Source: Amoebidium appalachense
Lineage: Eukaryota; Protista; Ichthyosporea
NCBI GenBank assembly: GCA_963693365.1
Contig: CAVNZM010000001.1
Coordinates: 6,960,907-7,024,906, forward strand
Direction of reading: 5' to 3'
Length of the DNA stretch: 64,000 bases
In this document: piece after piece, positions 1-13,468 of the stretch
Layout of the letters: each line of letters begins with the position of its first letter
Numbering within the stretch: the stretch's first letter is position 1
Translations under genes and position numbers: made by a program
Notes under the pieces: model-generated
The model's input: only the letters and a program-made list of their open reading frames with translations
The model's database searches: none
Told to the model about the DNA's origin: nothing

Positions 1-447
1 AATGGTGAACCCCCCTCCCCGTTCCCCTCCCCCCCCACTTCTCCCTCCCCCCCCCCCCCCCCCCCCCCCTCCCCCCCCTCTCTCCCTCTATTTCCCTCCC
101 CTTTGCCCCTACCTTTACGTTATCGTCAAGACATCCCCCTAAATGAATTCCAAACCCAACATCCTCCCTGCCTTTTGTTTCTGCATATGGAGCGCCACTG
201 CATTCACTGACCAATCACACAGTGCTTCATAGCGAGAACTAGACTGGAATGATACAGTGGTGTATCATGATCACCTATGCACATTTATCGTAATCGATCC
301 TCACAGATAGGGCCCGAAATTTAGATTTTCCCTGTCAGAAAAGGGTTCTTCCATCACAAATTTGCCTTTGCTGCAGGGCATAATTAGATAGAGCTAATCG
401 GGACCCAGATCATGCGATCTGACCATTTGATCTCTCTCCGATCACAG

Positions 448-1660
448 GTGCTCAGTGTGATCACCATCGTCATGACCAGTCTTATTGCCGGGGCCAACTA
501 TTCGCGATTTTTCGGCTTTTCCATTGGCTCCCACAGATTTGTTTCGGTAATCTCCCCCCCTCCCCCCCCCCCCCCCCCCCCCCCCCCCCCTTCCCCCGCC
601 TTTCGATTCCCTTCCGTTTCCCTCTTCGGCGCTTTTTTTTTTTTTTTTTTTTTTTTGGGGGGGGGGGGGGGGGGGGAGCTAGAGAGGATAGCAGGGCATA
701 GCCTTCTGTGCAAACTACCCATGGCCGGTCATTGCTTGTAGATTGATCCCACACGCATACTGACACGTGATTTCTACCCAATCAGACGCTGCAGACCCTC
801 CTCACGGTGCTGCTGCTAGTGACCGGCCTTGCAGCAGCTGCCTATGTCGGATTTGCTCTGATTGTGGCCGCCCTGGCTTTCTCGTTCCGATATGCTTGTG
901 ATCAGGTGTGCCCCCCCTGTCCCCCCCCCCCCCCCTCCCCTCCCTCCCTCCCTCCCGCCCCAGCCGCCGCCGCCGCCGCCGAACACCCTCACGTATTATC
1001 CTTGTGCACATAAACATAAAGGTTACACACTTCTAGCTTATGCTCCAAACTGTTATGCATCCTCTCCCTCCCTCCCCCCTCTCCCCCTCCCCCCCCCCCC
1101 CCCCCCTCTCCCAATGGCCTGTTTTGCGTAGTGTTGCCTCCTCCCCAAAAATAGCTCTGCTTACCAAATATAGCATTCCACTTACCATATATGGTTGTTG
1201 CAGAATAAGCGCCAAACCGTGGGCATGTGCCTTGAGCTGTCTGTCTTTAACATGATGGACATCCCCTGTGGCACAAACTTCGACAACTTTTGCTACAATT
1301 GGCAGAATATCAGCTACATCAATGTACGAATCCCCCCCCCCTTCCCCCCCCCCTCTCCCCCTCTCCCCCCCCCCCCCTCTTCCCTCCCCCCTCTCCCTTC
1401 CCTCCCTCCATCCGCCTTCCTTCCTTCCCCTCAGCGCCCAAGTATATATGTGCACGCACAGTCACACATCCAAACAAGCACCGACACACACACTTGTTAA
1501 CGCGAGCACACCCAATCACCTGGCAGGAAAATTAAGCCGAAAAATCAAAGGGTCCCGATTAAACCCATACATGCACTCACACTCACAATAACCCCCCCCC
1601 CCCCCCCCCCTCCTCCCCCTCTCCCCCTCCTCCCCTCCCCCATTCTCCCCCCCTTCCCCC

Positions 1661-1692
<32 letters not shown>

Positions 1693-1929
1693 AAAAACTC
1701 CCCCTTCCGGCACACACAGATTCTCGTGGGCACAGGGCTGTTTGCAATTGCGCAAATGCTCTTCTTGATGGTTGCTGGCTCGAATGTGCAAAAGCTGGGC
1801 GATCAGTTGCTGGATCGGTTGGCAGAGGAACATGCCGCTCTATTGGAGGAGCACTACTCCAATCAGACGGGGGAGGCACGGTCCAGTGCACACAGCAGTG
1901 CTTATGATTCCTACACGGGCAGGTGTGTA

Positions 1930-1981
<52 letters not shown>

Positions 1982-2294
1982 AAAAAAAAAAAAAAAAAAC
2001 ACCCTCCCCCAGCTTGCCCCTGGCCCCTTAGCCCACACCTCCCACCACCACCACGAATCACAACCACAACCATCACGGCCACTACCTCACACACACATTT
2101 TCGCGCGCGCGCACAGAAAAAATACAAAATGAGGACACGTGTTCGTGTGGCAGGTGATCCTGCGTGCTGCCCTGTGCCAACACTTGCGTATCGTGGAATA
2201 AATGTACTGATATCCCCCTAACTCCCCCACCCCCCCACCCTTCACGCCTTTGCTCACACACACACCCACACACCCACACCCACACACCCACACA

Positions 2295-2331
<37 letters not shown>

Positions 2332-2926
2332 CCCACGCCTCAGGGAGTGTGCCAGCCACCCCGTCAGTCCCACCATGTCCTACATCTCAGAGGTAAGCGT
2401 CATGCACGCAATGAGCCCAACTCTCTCAACACGCGCCGACCAATGGCGTGCGGCCCTCGCACCAGGATCTCCATCCAATCAGTCTCTTCGGTCTGCCGTG
2501 AGCGGCTGCTCTCACCCAATCACACAAGGCGAAGACGAACCAAATTTGGTAAACTTGGACAGTTGCAACGATGTAACGGAGGCGGGTCCGAGCCAGCTGC
2601 GTGCAATGACATCATCATTCCATGATTTTGTTGGAGAGAGGCAAACAGAATTATTCCAAACACAGAACACGGAATCGCCGGTCGACTCGACGGGAAAAGA
2701 TAAAAATGCAGCACCTGAACCATTCAATCCTATGGCGTGGGAGTCCCTTAAATACCTAGATGGCGGGGAAATCCAATCAAACGAGGCCAACAAACTCGAG
2801 AGCCAATCAGACCACGACGTTAAAGGTGCGCTCCAGCGTCTAGATACTCTGGTAGATAAGATGAAGAGTGATATGAGGGAGATGGGGGTGCCTTCGAGTG
2901 AGAGTGTTAATCTTATGAAGCTGTAA
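448..2926 (+). CDS. Multi-pass membrane protein, myelin proteolipid/M6 (lipophilin)-like, 5' end outside window, long polar C-terminal tail
   Basis: Phase-consistent GT-AG exons 448-546, 795-905, 1204-1323, 1720-1922, 2332-2926 give VLSVITIVMTSLIAGANYSRFFGF...TLLTVLLLVTGLAAAAYVGFALIVAALAFSFRYACDQNKRQTVGMCLELSVFNMMDIPCGTNFDNFCYNWQNISYINILVGTGLFAIAQMLFLMVAGSN. Hydrophobic helices flank a four-Cys loop, and the last TM helix ends LM-x4-N as in PLP/M6. Family call is from motif recall. Confidence 0.6.
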
Positions 2927-3136
2927 CACCACATACGTATACGTGCTCGGTTGTTAAGAGTAAAGGAATACCGTTTTTTTTGGTAAGGAAATAGCCTACG
3001 GGGTTTCCTTTTTTTTATTTAAAGAAATAGCCTACGGTTTTTCTTAAGGTCATGCATGCACAAGATTGATTTTACACACACACATGTGCGCATGCGTATT
3101 CGCAAGCACACACGCGCGCGCGCACACACACACAAA

Positions 3137-3213
<77 letters not shown>

Positions 3214-4650
3214 CTCTTTTGTACAGACAAGCACTTGCGCAGACACACATTATATGCATACACGTGTTCCACCCTATTCAGGTCATTTGAGTTCCTTCAA
3301 GGTGTTCTCGTAAATAGCTTTAGGCAATGCAGTTGTGCATTTGTACAGATCTATCACCACCCCACACACGGCATAGATGTTAGCCTGCTTTAAATAGATT
3401 CTTTGATTGGGACTTTTAAAGTACAAACCGACAATGGAGCGCTTTTGGCCGGGAATGTTTTTAACGTACCTTTTGGAGCATTGTATATGTATGGATTGTG
3501 TATTTTGTCATGGTCGATTGGGCCAATCAAATGCGCAGGATTGCAATATTACGATCAAATCGCAGTGGCAGCCTGTGGCCTGACCCCCCCCCAGTAAATG
3601 CATATGTACTGTGACATTCTCAAGGCACCAATCAATGCAAACACATCCTCAGAGGGGTTAATTTTAAGGGGTCTCTTTCAGGTGTTCGGGCCTGGGCCAG
3701 ACCCGAATGGGATGTATGCAACATGATTGGCTTGGTGGACATCAAACAGGATTTGGCACGACTCAAAGACCAACTTGAAGGGGTGAAATTTGGCTAAAAA
3801 GAAACCTCCTTCACTTAAAGGTCTAGGCAAGACTTTGAGGTTAAACTCATTTGGATGCTGCAAGATGACGTCATCGTGACATACACCATTATAGTGCAGG
3901 CGTCACCCGGTTTCGGTCGACGGCTCGCGGCTGGTCGAGGGCCCAAGGCCGATGAAATGGGCGCACTGATTGGTTCTTTTTGCCGATATTTGCATGAGAT
4001 AACCATTTTTGGTTAGCTCCATATTAGGTGAAATATGGAATTCTATGGATGCCGTTGAACTCGCCAGAAGCTTCATGCCCCGATGATATATAGTCGATCA
4101 ATATAATGCCCAAAAAGCTTGCAATGATGAGTCATGATGCACGTGTTTGTGTGTGTGTGTGTGTGTACGTGTTGATCACGCGCATGCACATGCGCACAGT
4201 GGTCAGAACAGCTGCAGCTGCCGCTAACCGAGTGACACTGTACGCTGCAGCTGACCACATGTATGAATGCGAACGTTAAACAATTGCCGTCGTCAGAGCA
4301 CCAAAAATAGTAGATCATGTCCTGCAGTATGATAGTCACTCTGAGTGCTGTCTCCCTGCGGCTCTCTAACATACCGCGTATATTCCCGCGATAGTAGGGC
4401 CGGGTCCGGCCATGACCACTTAAAAATTTATACGTAAGCCAGCGGGTACAAAGAAGGCTTGGGGACTATCATAGTCCTGCAGCGCTGCAGTATTTATAGT
4501 TTTAGAATTTGTGTGTGCGCCGGGTCGACAATGCATTTACTGTGGATGTGTGTGTGTGGTCTATGTATACAGTAACTATGTATTATATTGAGTGAGTGGC
4601 TATGTATGGGTGGGTGCACGGGTGCACGTGGGCTCCCGCCCGTGTGGGGG

Positions 4651-4681
<31 letters not shown>

Positions 4682-5623
4682 AGGGGGGGGTGGGGGGGGG
4701 GGAGGGGGAGGGTTCAAAGCCTTGGGTTTAAATACCTTGCACATGATCATGAGAGTTTCGCAGATCATTTATTGAGTTTGCCTTTACATTGTATGGTGCT
4801 ATCTCCCCCAATTCTCTGGAGATCTCCCTGTATGCTTGCTCCATGAAGAAAGCGGAGAAAATTGGGCGTTAATTATAAGATTAATGCTGTGATGACCTTA
4901 ACAGAGAACTCAATTGGCCAATCACCCCACTTGGCGATCGCCGGGACGCCGATATCACCCAGTGTGATGATTTGTTTGCCTAACCCGGTATTGCCTTTTT
5001 TAGGCATTGCCATACAAAATGCTTCATGAAAAATGTCTGCTTAGTCTCTAATAGCCAGTTTAAGAGCACACATCTAGCGGTCTTTAGGTGTAATAAACCA
5101 ACAGCTGTTTAAAAAAGTTAGCTGACACATGCAACTAAACAACAAATCACGGCCCACGTTTACAGGTCGTGCATACGCGTAACAGGTACAACAAATTAGA
5201 TTAGCGCATAAATTATAAAAGTCCGACTCGAAGCATCGAAACATTAACGGTACACCCTAGCACCCTAATTTATCAGTCGCCGATTCGAATACTTTTCATG
5301 CTGTAATCCCAATTGATAATCCTTCGGTACTCAGCTTGCTCTGACGCCACCTAAAAATAACCAATTCATGCATACTAAAACATACTAAAACGAAAAAGAA
5401 AAACACCCTTGCTTTATCCATACATCCAAACCTCCCCAGAAATCAACCAAGACCCCCCCCCCAAACCCTCGTATGTTGCACAAGTTTCCATCAGTACCCC
5501 ACCAATGCAGTACCGATTTTCACATGTTCGTGTAATACATGCAAAGTAAAGGCAAAAACAGGCCTCCACCGCCACCACCCAGCCGGTCACCAGATGGGAG
5601 TCGCTAATATCCAACCTGGAATT

Positions 5624-7035
5624 TCACCGTTGCGCCCTGCAGCAAGGGAGAAAAAAAAAGAAGAAAAAGAGCAAAGAGGGGGAAAAAAGGAGAGAAGAAG
5701 GAAAAGGGAAGAAAAACAGGGGGTTAGAATATGTTTTTTTTTTTTTTTTTTTAACTGTCCAGACATCAAACAACAGGGCAAGTAAACATGTGCACAAGAG
5801 AGGGCAAACTTGCCAGGGACACACAGTGCCACCTATAAGACACAACCATGGTAAGGACCACATCACACAGTAAGACGAGGCATGGAAGATGGAGGGAGTA
5901 TAGTTTGGGGGCACTTAGCCCCACTTGGGGGCCTGAGAACGGGAAGGGGAGGGGGGGGGGGGGAGGGGGGGGGGGGGGGGGGAATGCGGAACACAGTACC
6001 GAAATACACATACACGATGAGAAGCATGGTGCAGGACACATGCAAAGGCAAACATTCAAGTATGCAACATCAGCAACGCGCACAGTATGAGTCATAAGCA
6101 GACAAGAGCCCATGGGGGGGGGGGGGGGGGGGGGGGGAGACCAACTTGTTGCCCTGCTGAAAGCGCACTTCATTCTGCCTTGCAGCCGTTGCCCCAGAAA
6201 GGCTATTCAACAGCACTTGTGATTGGTCGGGAGACTTGTCGACTGCCTGCTTCATGATCTCCAGCAGATACTCCACGTCGGGATCTTGCAGGCCAATCGG
6301 ATTGCCTGGTGCCTGGCCAAATAACCTATTTTGGTTATTCATGCCTGTGCCGCTGGTACTCGTGGTTGCATGCGTAGCCATGCTGGGAGTGGAGCCTACG
6401 GACCCATTGCTTGGCGTATTCTGCATGGGCTCGTTATGACCGGAATTCGGGCTGTTCGAGTCTGAAATTCCGAAATTCAGACCCATTGCACCACCCGAGG
6501 CCATCAACTCTGCCATCAGTGCGATGTCGAGTTCCGCCTCGGCCGAAACTCCGATACTTCCAATATTCGGAATTCCCGAAGGGAGAATGCCATTATTAAA
6601 CAGATTCCCCGTGTTTGATTTACCTCCCGAGCTGTACACTGACAGTGAGGCACTTTCCGTGTCGCTTGTGGCAACAGACGCATTCGGGTTTCTCGGTGCC
6701 GAATTTCGGTTATTTTGCATAAATCCTGACGGAACAGCGCTCGTTCCTCCCATGAAAAGGTTCGCGTTATCATCCACCATTTGACCGGAAGGATTTGTCC
6801 CAAATATGTTATTAACGTCAGGGAACATGGTTTGGGGGGGTTGATTTGCAGTATTCGGCCTGGGGAGGAAATCCTGGTGCCGATATCGGAAAGTGTTTGC
6901 GTTCGAATTGCTGAAAATTGAGTTGGATCCCCCCGAGGTGCTGAAGTCTGAGGAGAGGCCGTCGGGGGATTGGTTGATGCTGTCGGCAAATTGCTGGGTG
7001 GTGGAAGGCCCGTCTTGGGTCATGGCATCCAAGCC

Positions 7036-7126
<91 letters not shown>

Positions 7127-7323
7127 GCCGTGTCAGCCCCTGCACAAATCCCAGGACCCCCCCCCCCCCCCCCCCACAAAATCTCTCGGTCGGGGAAAGA
7201 CCACAGGAGGAAAACAGCGTGGAGGCTATGTCATCACATACAGAACCAAGCATGTGAGTCAGAATTACAAAATATGAAAGGCAGAGAAAAAGGTCCATCG
7301 TCAGCAGCTGCTTTTTTTTTGGG

Positions 7324-7384
<61 letters not shown>

Positions 7385-8011
7385 TTTGTTTGGGGGGTGG
7401 GTGGGTTGGTGGAGGGGGAGGGAGGGAGGGAGGGAAGGAGGGAGGGAGAAGAAAACACCACACACTATGAAGCACAAATCCATGACGGACGCGAACCATC
7501 CAAAAGTCCAAAAAAAGAACACACAAGGTGTATACAAGCAACATATATCCCTATCTCCGTGATAGGGGGTAGAGAAAGTTGGAGGGGGGAGGGAGGTCTT
7601 ACATGACAATGCTGTAAATATCCCCCTCAGGAACCGCAATTGCTCTCAAAACACTGAACAAATCAGGGGGTTGACCAAAGGTGCGTTCATTGTGGGGCAA
7701 AATCTCCTTCGGCATTTCTTTGCGCTGGTTGGCTGATTGTGGTTGCATGTTTGCAGCAATCGAATTGCCCGACGAATAGCCTACTTCGGAAGTAGCACCC
7801 GGAATAGGACGGGTAAGAATTCTGGAGCTGAAGTCGACATTTTCAACTGGGCCGGATTGATTTACAAAACCAGACCGCGAATCAACCAATGATTGAGCTG
7901 GGATCTGGGCCGATTGCATCAATCGCTGGTTTTGATTGGGTTGAGCTGAGAACGGGAGAGCTCGTGCCGAGTTTAGTTGGTTGCTCGATTGAAGCTCTCT
8001 CACACGGTCCG

Positions 8012-8057
<46 letters not shown>

Positions 8058-8388
8058 GTGTGGCATATCAGTTAGCAGTTAGCAGCAGCAAAACCATGAC
8101 GTTTGAATCTGACTAATATCACAGCAAGAGTTCATACGGTCAGGTGAGACACCCACAACCTTCCACACACACACACGCACACACACACACACACACACAC
8201 GAGCACAAGATGTAGACACAGTCCCTTTGCCTACCAACCGCGACCACCAACCGCGAACACACTGCCATTCACCATCCGTACACAGCAACAACAACATGCA
8301 CACACATACGAGCACACAGACATGCACACACACGTACACCTACACATCTGCACACGTGTACACGTGTACATGCACACACGCACACACG

Positions 8389-8425
<37 letters not shown>

Positions 8426-8552
8426 GCACGCACGCACACACCCACACACACGCACACACGCACACACACACACACACAACCGTAGACACACACACACACA
8501 CAACCGTACACACGCACACACAACCGTCCACACACACACACACACGTACACA

Positions 8553-8595
<43 letters not shown>

Positions 8596-8737
8596 ACGGT
8601 AGTGGAAGGTCAGCAGCCTGCTGTGCTCCATCATGATGTGTCTCGTATCTATCTCCTCCGCCTGCTGTATCAACTGCTCAAACTCACGCCTGCAACCAAA
8701 CAAAAGGAAATGTCACTACCCAAAAGATAACATTTGC

Positions 8738-8778
<41 letters not shown>

Positions 8779-8808
8779 AAAAAAAAACCTCCTCTCTTCT
8801 CTCCCTCC

Positions 8809-8847
<39 letters not shown>

Positions 8848-9413
8848 TGTGTGTTGAGGGGCTTTCAACCACCTAGAAGCATTTTGTCAAATTCTACCCA
8901 GCTTCCCTACTTCCCTCCCCATATGCCCATTCGCACTTACCCCCCCCCCCCCCCCCCCCCATCCCCCTCCCTCCCGGCAAACGAACACGCACGCAAAGAA
9001 GAATGGCAAAAATCAAACCAACACCCATACCATACATACACACACGCACCTGCCCTGCAATGATAGTTCAGTGCACCTCTGGACCAGCTCATCCATGTCG
9101 TCATAGTAGATGGGCTGATAGGGTAGCACCCTGCCCAAGTATGGTGACAGTCAGTGAGCGTGGTGGGGTGTGGTGGGGAGGTGAAGGTGCAGGGGGAGGG
9201 GGTGGGGAGGGGGGTGAGAGCGAGTGAGAGAGAGCGAGAGCGAGAGATTGAGAGAGAGAGAGAGAATGAGAGGGGGTGGTGGATAGATAGATACCCTTTT
9301 ACGAACACGAGGACAAAACCACCAAGACAAGAAGAGAATCACATCCGTGTATCATGTGTGTGTGTGTGTGTGTGTGCGCGCACGCGCGCGTGCGAGTATG
9401 TGAGTATGTGTGA

Positions 9414-9464
<51 letters not shown>

Positions 9465-10139
9465 CATGTGTTTGGGGGGTGGGGAGGGGGGAGGGCTGTT
9501 GTTATTACCTGTTCTCGTTAGCCATCGAGTCCATGGGCTCTGTGCTCATGTTGTCCGTGTGCACACCCTCGGTGATTGTGTACTCCACCTTGCCCGTATT
9601 ACGATTGATGCAGGGGTAGATTGTGTTTTCCGTCATCACCCATGACCCATGGCGAGAGAACAGACGATTGTTCATGACTCCAACCTTCTTGTCCACTACA
9701 GCAGCCCTGTTCCCGCCAACCACAAAACAGCAAGTTAGTGTGCATCCTTACATTCGATGCATCCAAACCCATCCCTTCAGCCCCCCCCCCCCCCCCCCCC
9801 CTTCTCTCCCTCCCTCTTCCCCCGCCCCTCCCCCTCCTTCCACACACACACACACACCCTTGCCCCCCCTCCCGTCCCCCATCATCCCTCATCCACCCCC
9901 CGCCTTGCACACGCAAACTCATAAACACACACAGGCACAAGACATCAGCATAGCACAACCACCAAACACCAAAAAACCCATCTCACTCCCTATGACACCT
10001 TCCTAACAAATATCCACATCACATGCACATGTGCGATCATATATAATAACTAACATAAGGAAAAACTAGGAGGCCAGACGGGGGACAGGTGGAACGGAGG
10101 AAGGCAGGGAGGATGGGAGGAAGGGAGGAAGGGAAGGGT

Positions 10140-10183
<44 letters not shown>

Positions 10184-10320
10184 CTTTTTTTTTTTTTTTT
10201 TTTTTTGGGGGGGGGGGGGGGGCTCACTTGTGTATTTCGACGAGAGCAGCAATGTCGTCTGGGTGGACAAAGACAAAAGGCATGACTGTGGTCATGTACA
10301 TGGCTGGATAGCCACACACG

Positions 10321-10384
<64 letters not shown>

Positions 10385-10774
10385 GCGCGCGCGCATACAT
10401 GCGTGTGTTCAATCGGCGAAGAGGTAATCGGCGAAGAGGGGCTCGGGATGGGGGGAATGGGTTCGGGGGAAAGGGGGAGAGGGGAGGGGTTAGAGAGTGT
10501 TCGTAGTGCCAAACAAAAGAGGCAAAACGTGCGACAGCATGGAAGATAAGCTTATATCAAGAGCACGCTTCTTCTTTTTTCTGCTTCGTTTTTCCCCACA
10601 GTGCGAAGTCCACATTCACGACGGACCACACAGGAGGAAGGTGGAAGGAAGGGGGTTGTTGTTGTTGTTTTGCTGTCACAGTTAAAGCTAAAAGACAAGA
10701 AGAGGGCAGTGCAACCCCACACGTAACAACATGCACACACGAGCACAAACACAGCATGAAGTTTTTTTTTTTTT

Positions 10775-10805
<31 letters not shown>

Positions 10806-10957
10806 GGAGGACTCGGCACGGGGGGGACTCGGCACGCAGTGCAGAGTTGAAAACTCCCTTCAAGTAACACATCCCCAGTGTAACAAAAACAACGGCACGT
10901 GCGCACACCCACCGACCTGTTGCCACCCCCCCCCCCCCCCCCCCCCTCTTCCCCCGT

Positions 10958-10998
<41 letters not shown>

Positions 10999-11638
10999 AC
11001 CCGCCCGTCCGTCCGCTGCCCCCGCCCACCCACCCATGCACACATGCTCACACGCACACCCGCACAACATATAGTTTTTGCACGTACTATCCATGGCGTT
11101 GCCGGACCAAACTACGACCGCATTGATAGCCACATGGTTCAGTGACCAGGCCTTGTAGTAGCGAGCTGGCGTGCCGTTGCCCATGGCTAGGAGCTTGAGC
11201 CCTGAAATGGAAAGAAATTTAGCAGAGGGGGAGAGAAAAAATACATTTCTTCTGGCTAGAAAATAAAATATACTGTCGCCCAAAAAAGGAGATGGGGAAA
11301 AAAATGCATGCTCGTTGTCCAACATTTACTGGAATCTTTTGCCCAAGGAAGGAGAGGCAAGGGGGGGAGGGGGGAGGGGGGAGGGGGAAGGGAAGAGAGA
11401 TAGAGAGAATAGGCTCCTTCTGCCTTCCATGCCTGGTGGTGTGTGAGGGAGAATTCCTAATAGTGGCTATCTGTATTATTCTTCTTGTGCGTGTGTTTGT
11501 GCTGTATCTAGGCTAACAAGTCCACGTGTGTGTGCGTGTTTGTGCTTGTGTGTTTGTGTGTGTGGGCATGTGCATGGGTGTGCAGTGATTTACTAGGTTT
11601 TTCTTGTGATCGGTGCATTCAAATGCTCGAATGTGTGT

Positions 11639-11674
<36 letters not shown>

Positions 11675-11759
11675 ATGCGCGCATGTGTGTGTGTGTGTGT
11701 GTGTAGGTGCGCGGGTGTGTGTGTTCGTGCATGCATGCGCACATGTACCCGGGGGCCTG

Positions 11760-11798
<39 letters not shown>

Positions 11799-12103
11799 GG
11801 GCAATGATACCCATGTTGTTTGTAGGGCCAGCATATCTTCCAGAGAAGATCATCAGCCTCTGGTTGTTGAACACCACAGGGTGCACAAGAAAGTGGTACG
11901 ACCGGAAACTCAGCCCCTATAATTAGCACAGCAGGTCAAAAATAGATCAGGCCGATATCATGTGACACCCACTTTTGTGTTTTGGCAAGTAGAGAACCTG
12001 TTGAACCCCCCCTCCCCCCCCCCCTACCCCCTCGCCCCCACCCCACCCCCACCCTAAACACTCATCATGGGGTGGGGGTGGGGCTGGTTTTTTTTTTTTT
12101 TTT

Positions 12104-12144
<41 letters not shown>

Positions 12145-12283
12145 CTTCAGAGTTCGGCAAACACGGAAGAGAAGATTGTAAAAAGGGGCAAGGGGAAAGA
12201 AGGAAAAAAAAAGAAAGAAAGAAAGAAAGGAAGTGTGCTCGCTCGCAGAGAACACTCGAACAGAACCCACCCTAAAAAAGGGG

Positions 12284-12315
<32 letters not shown>

Positions 12316-12723
12316 CTGCGAATGCGATACAGAGAACTAAACACACATTCAACGGCTTCGGGGAGGGCCCGGGGGAAGGGGGGGGGGGGGGGGGGGGGGG
12401 GAGTTTGAATGCGGAACACGGTACGAAGTACGCATACACGACGAGAAGCATGGTGCAGGACACATGCAAAGGCAAACATTCAAGTATGCAACATCAGCCA
12501 TGTGCACAGTATGCGTCATAAGCAGAGCCCATCCTCAGGGAGGACCCAAGTCATCAATTGCGTCTGAGTTTCGACCCCTTAGCCCGCGTATATACGACGC
12601 TCCAACTCAGACAGCAGCATCAACTGAACTTGGGCGGGGGGGGGGGGGGGGGGGGGGGGGGACTCACCGCATCGCGAAGTCGAAGCCTTAAACGCCAGTC
12701 CGTTTTCTATAAGGTGAGTGTGC

Positions 12724-12797
<74 letters not shown>

Positions 12798-13419
12798 CGT
12801 GTGCGTGCACATTGTGTTTGTTAGTGAGAAGGCGTGGGTTCCAGTATGTTACTCACCACACAGCACACTTGTAGATGTTTGCGTGATTGGCACAGCAACA
12901 ATACGTGCACAGGCACACACGTGCACATAACAGATATTCAAAGTCAACACAATATATGGTGTCTGCCGATTTGCACCAAGTCTGTCTCAGACTGACCATA
13001 CATTCGAATTTCATGACCACAATGAAAAGTGTTTTGATCTCCTAGGGCTGCGTCACTCAAAGAAGTAATCAACATGTGTAACTTGACGAAAAAAACAAAC
13101 AAATCCGGCTCGATCGGATTGGCCATATATAGTAGCAACCCATGAATTGCCACTACACAACTACGTACTGATCCACAGCCCGCCCACACTGACACTATTC
13201 GAAGAGCGAGAGGTGCATTTCGTTTTTTTATCCTTTCTTCCTTTCTTTCTTTCTTTTCGTGTGTGTGTGTGTGCGTGGGTGCGTGCACACGTGCTTCGTG
13301 TGTAAGTATGTGCGCATGTATTTTTTTTTTTTTTTGGTGTCTGAGTGAGTGAGTGTGTGTGTTTTGGCGCCCGCGCGCGCGCGTGTGTGTGTATTTGTCT
13401 GAGTGTGTGTGCGTGTTTT

Positions 13420-13468
<49 letters not shown>

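Noticed and set aside
3864-3975. TGACGTCA and CCAAT motifs (also at 25357 and 25831)
   Set aside because: Short motifs with no associated gene start, so they cannot be distinguished from chance or TE-borne sequence.
3678-4372. Short minus-strand ORFs (61-99 aa) between the first two genes
   Set aside because: No recognisable domain or consistent splice chain.
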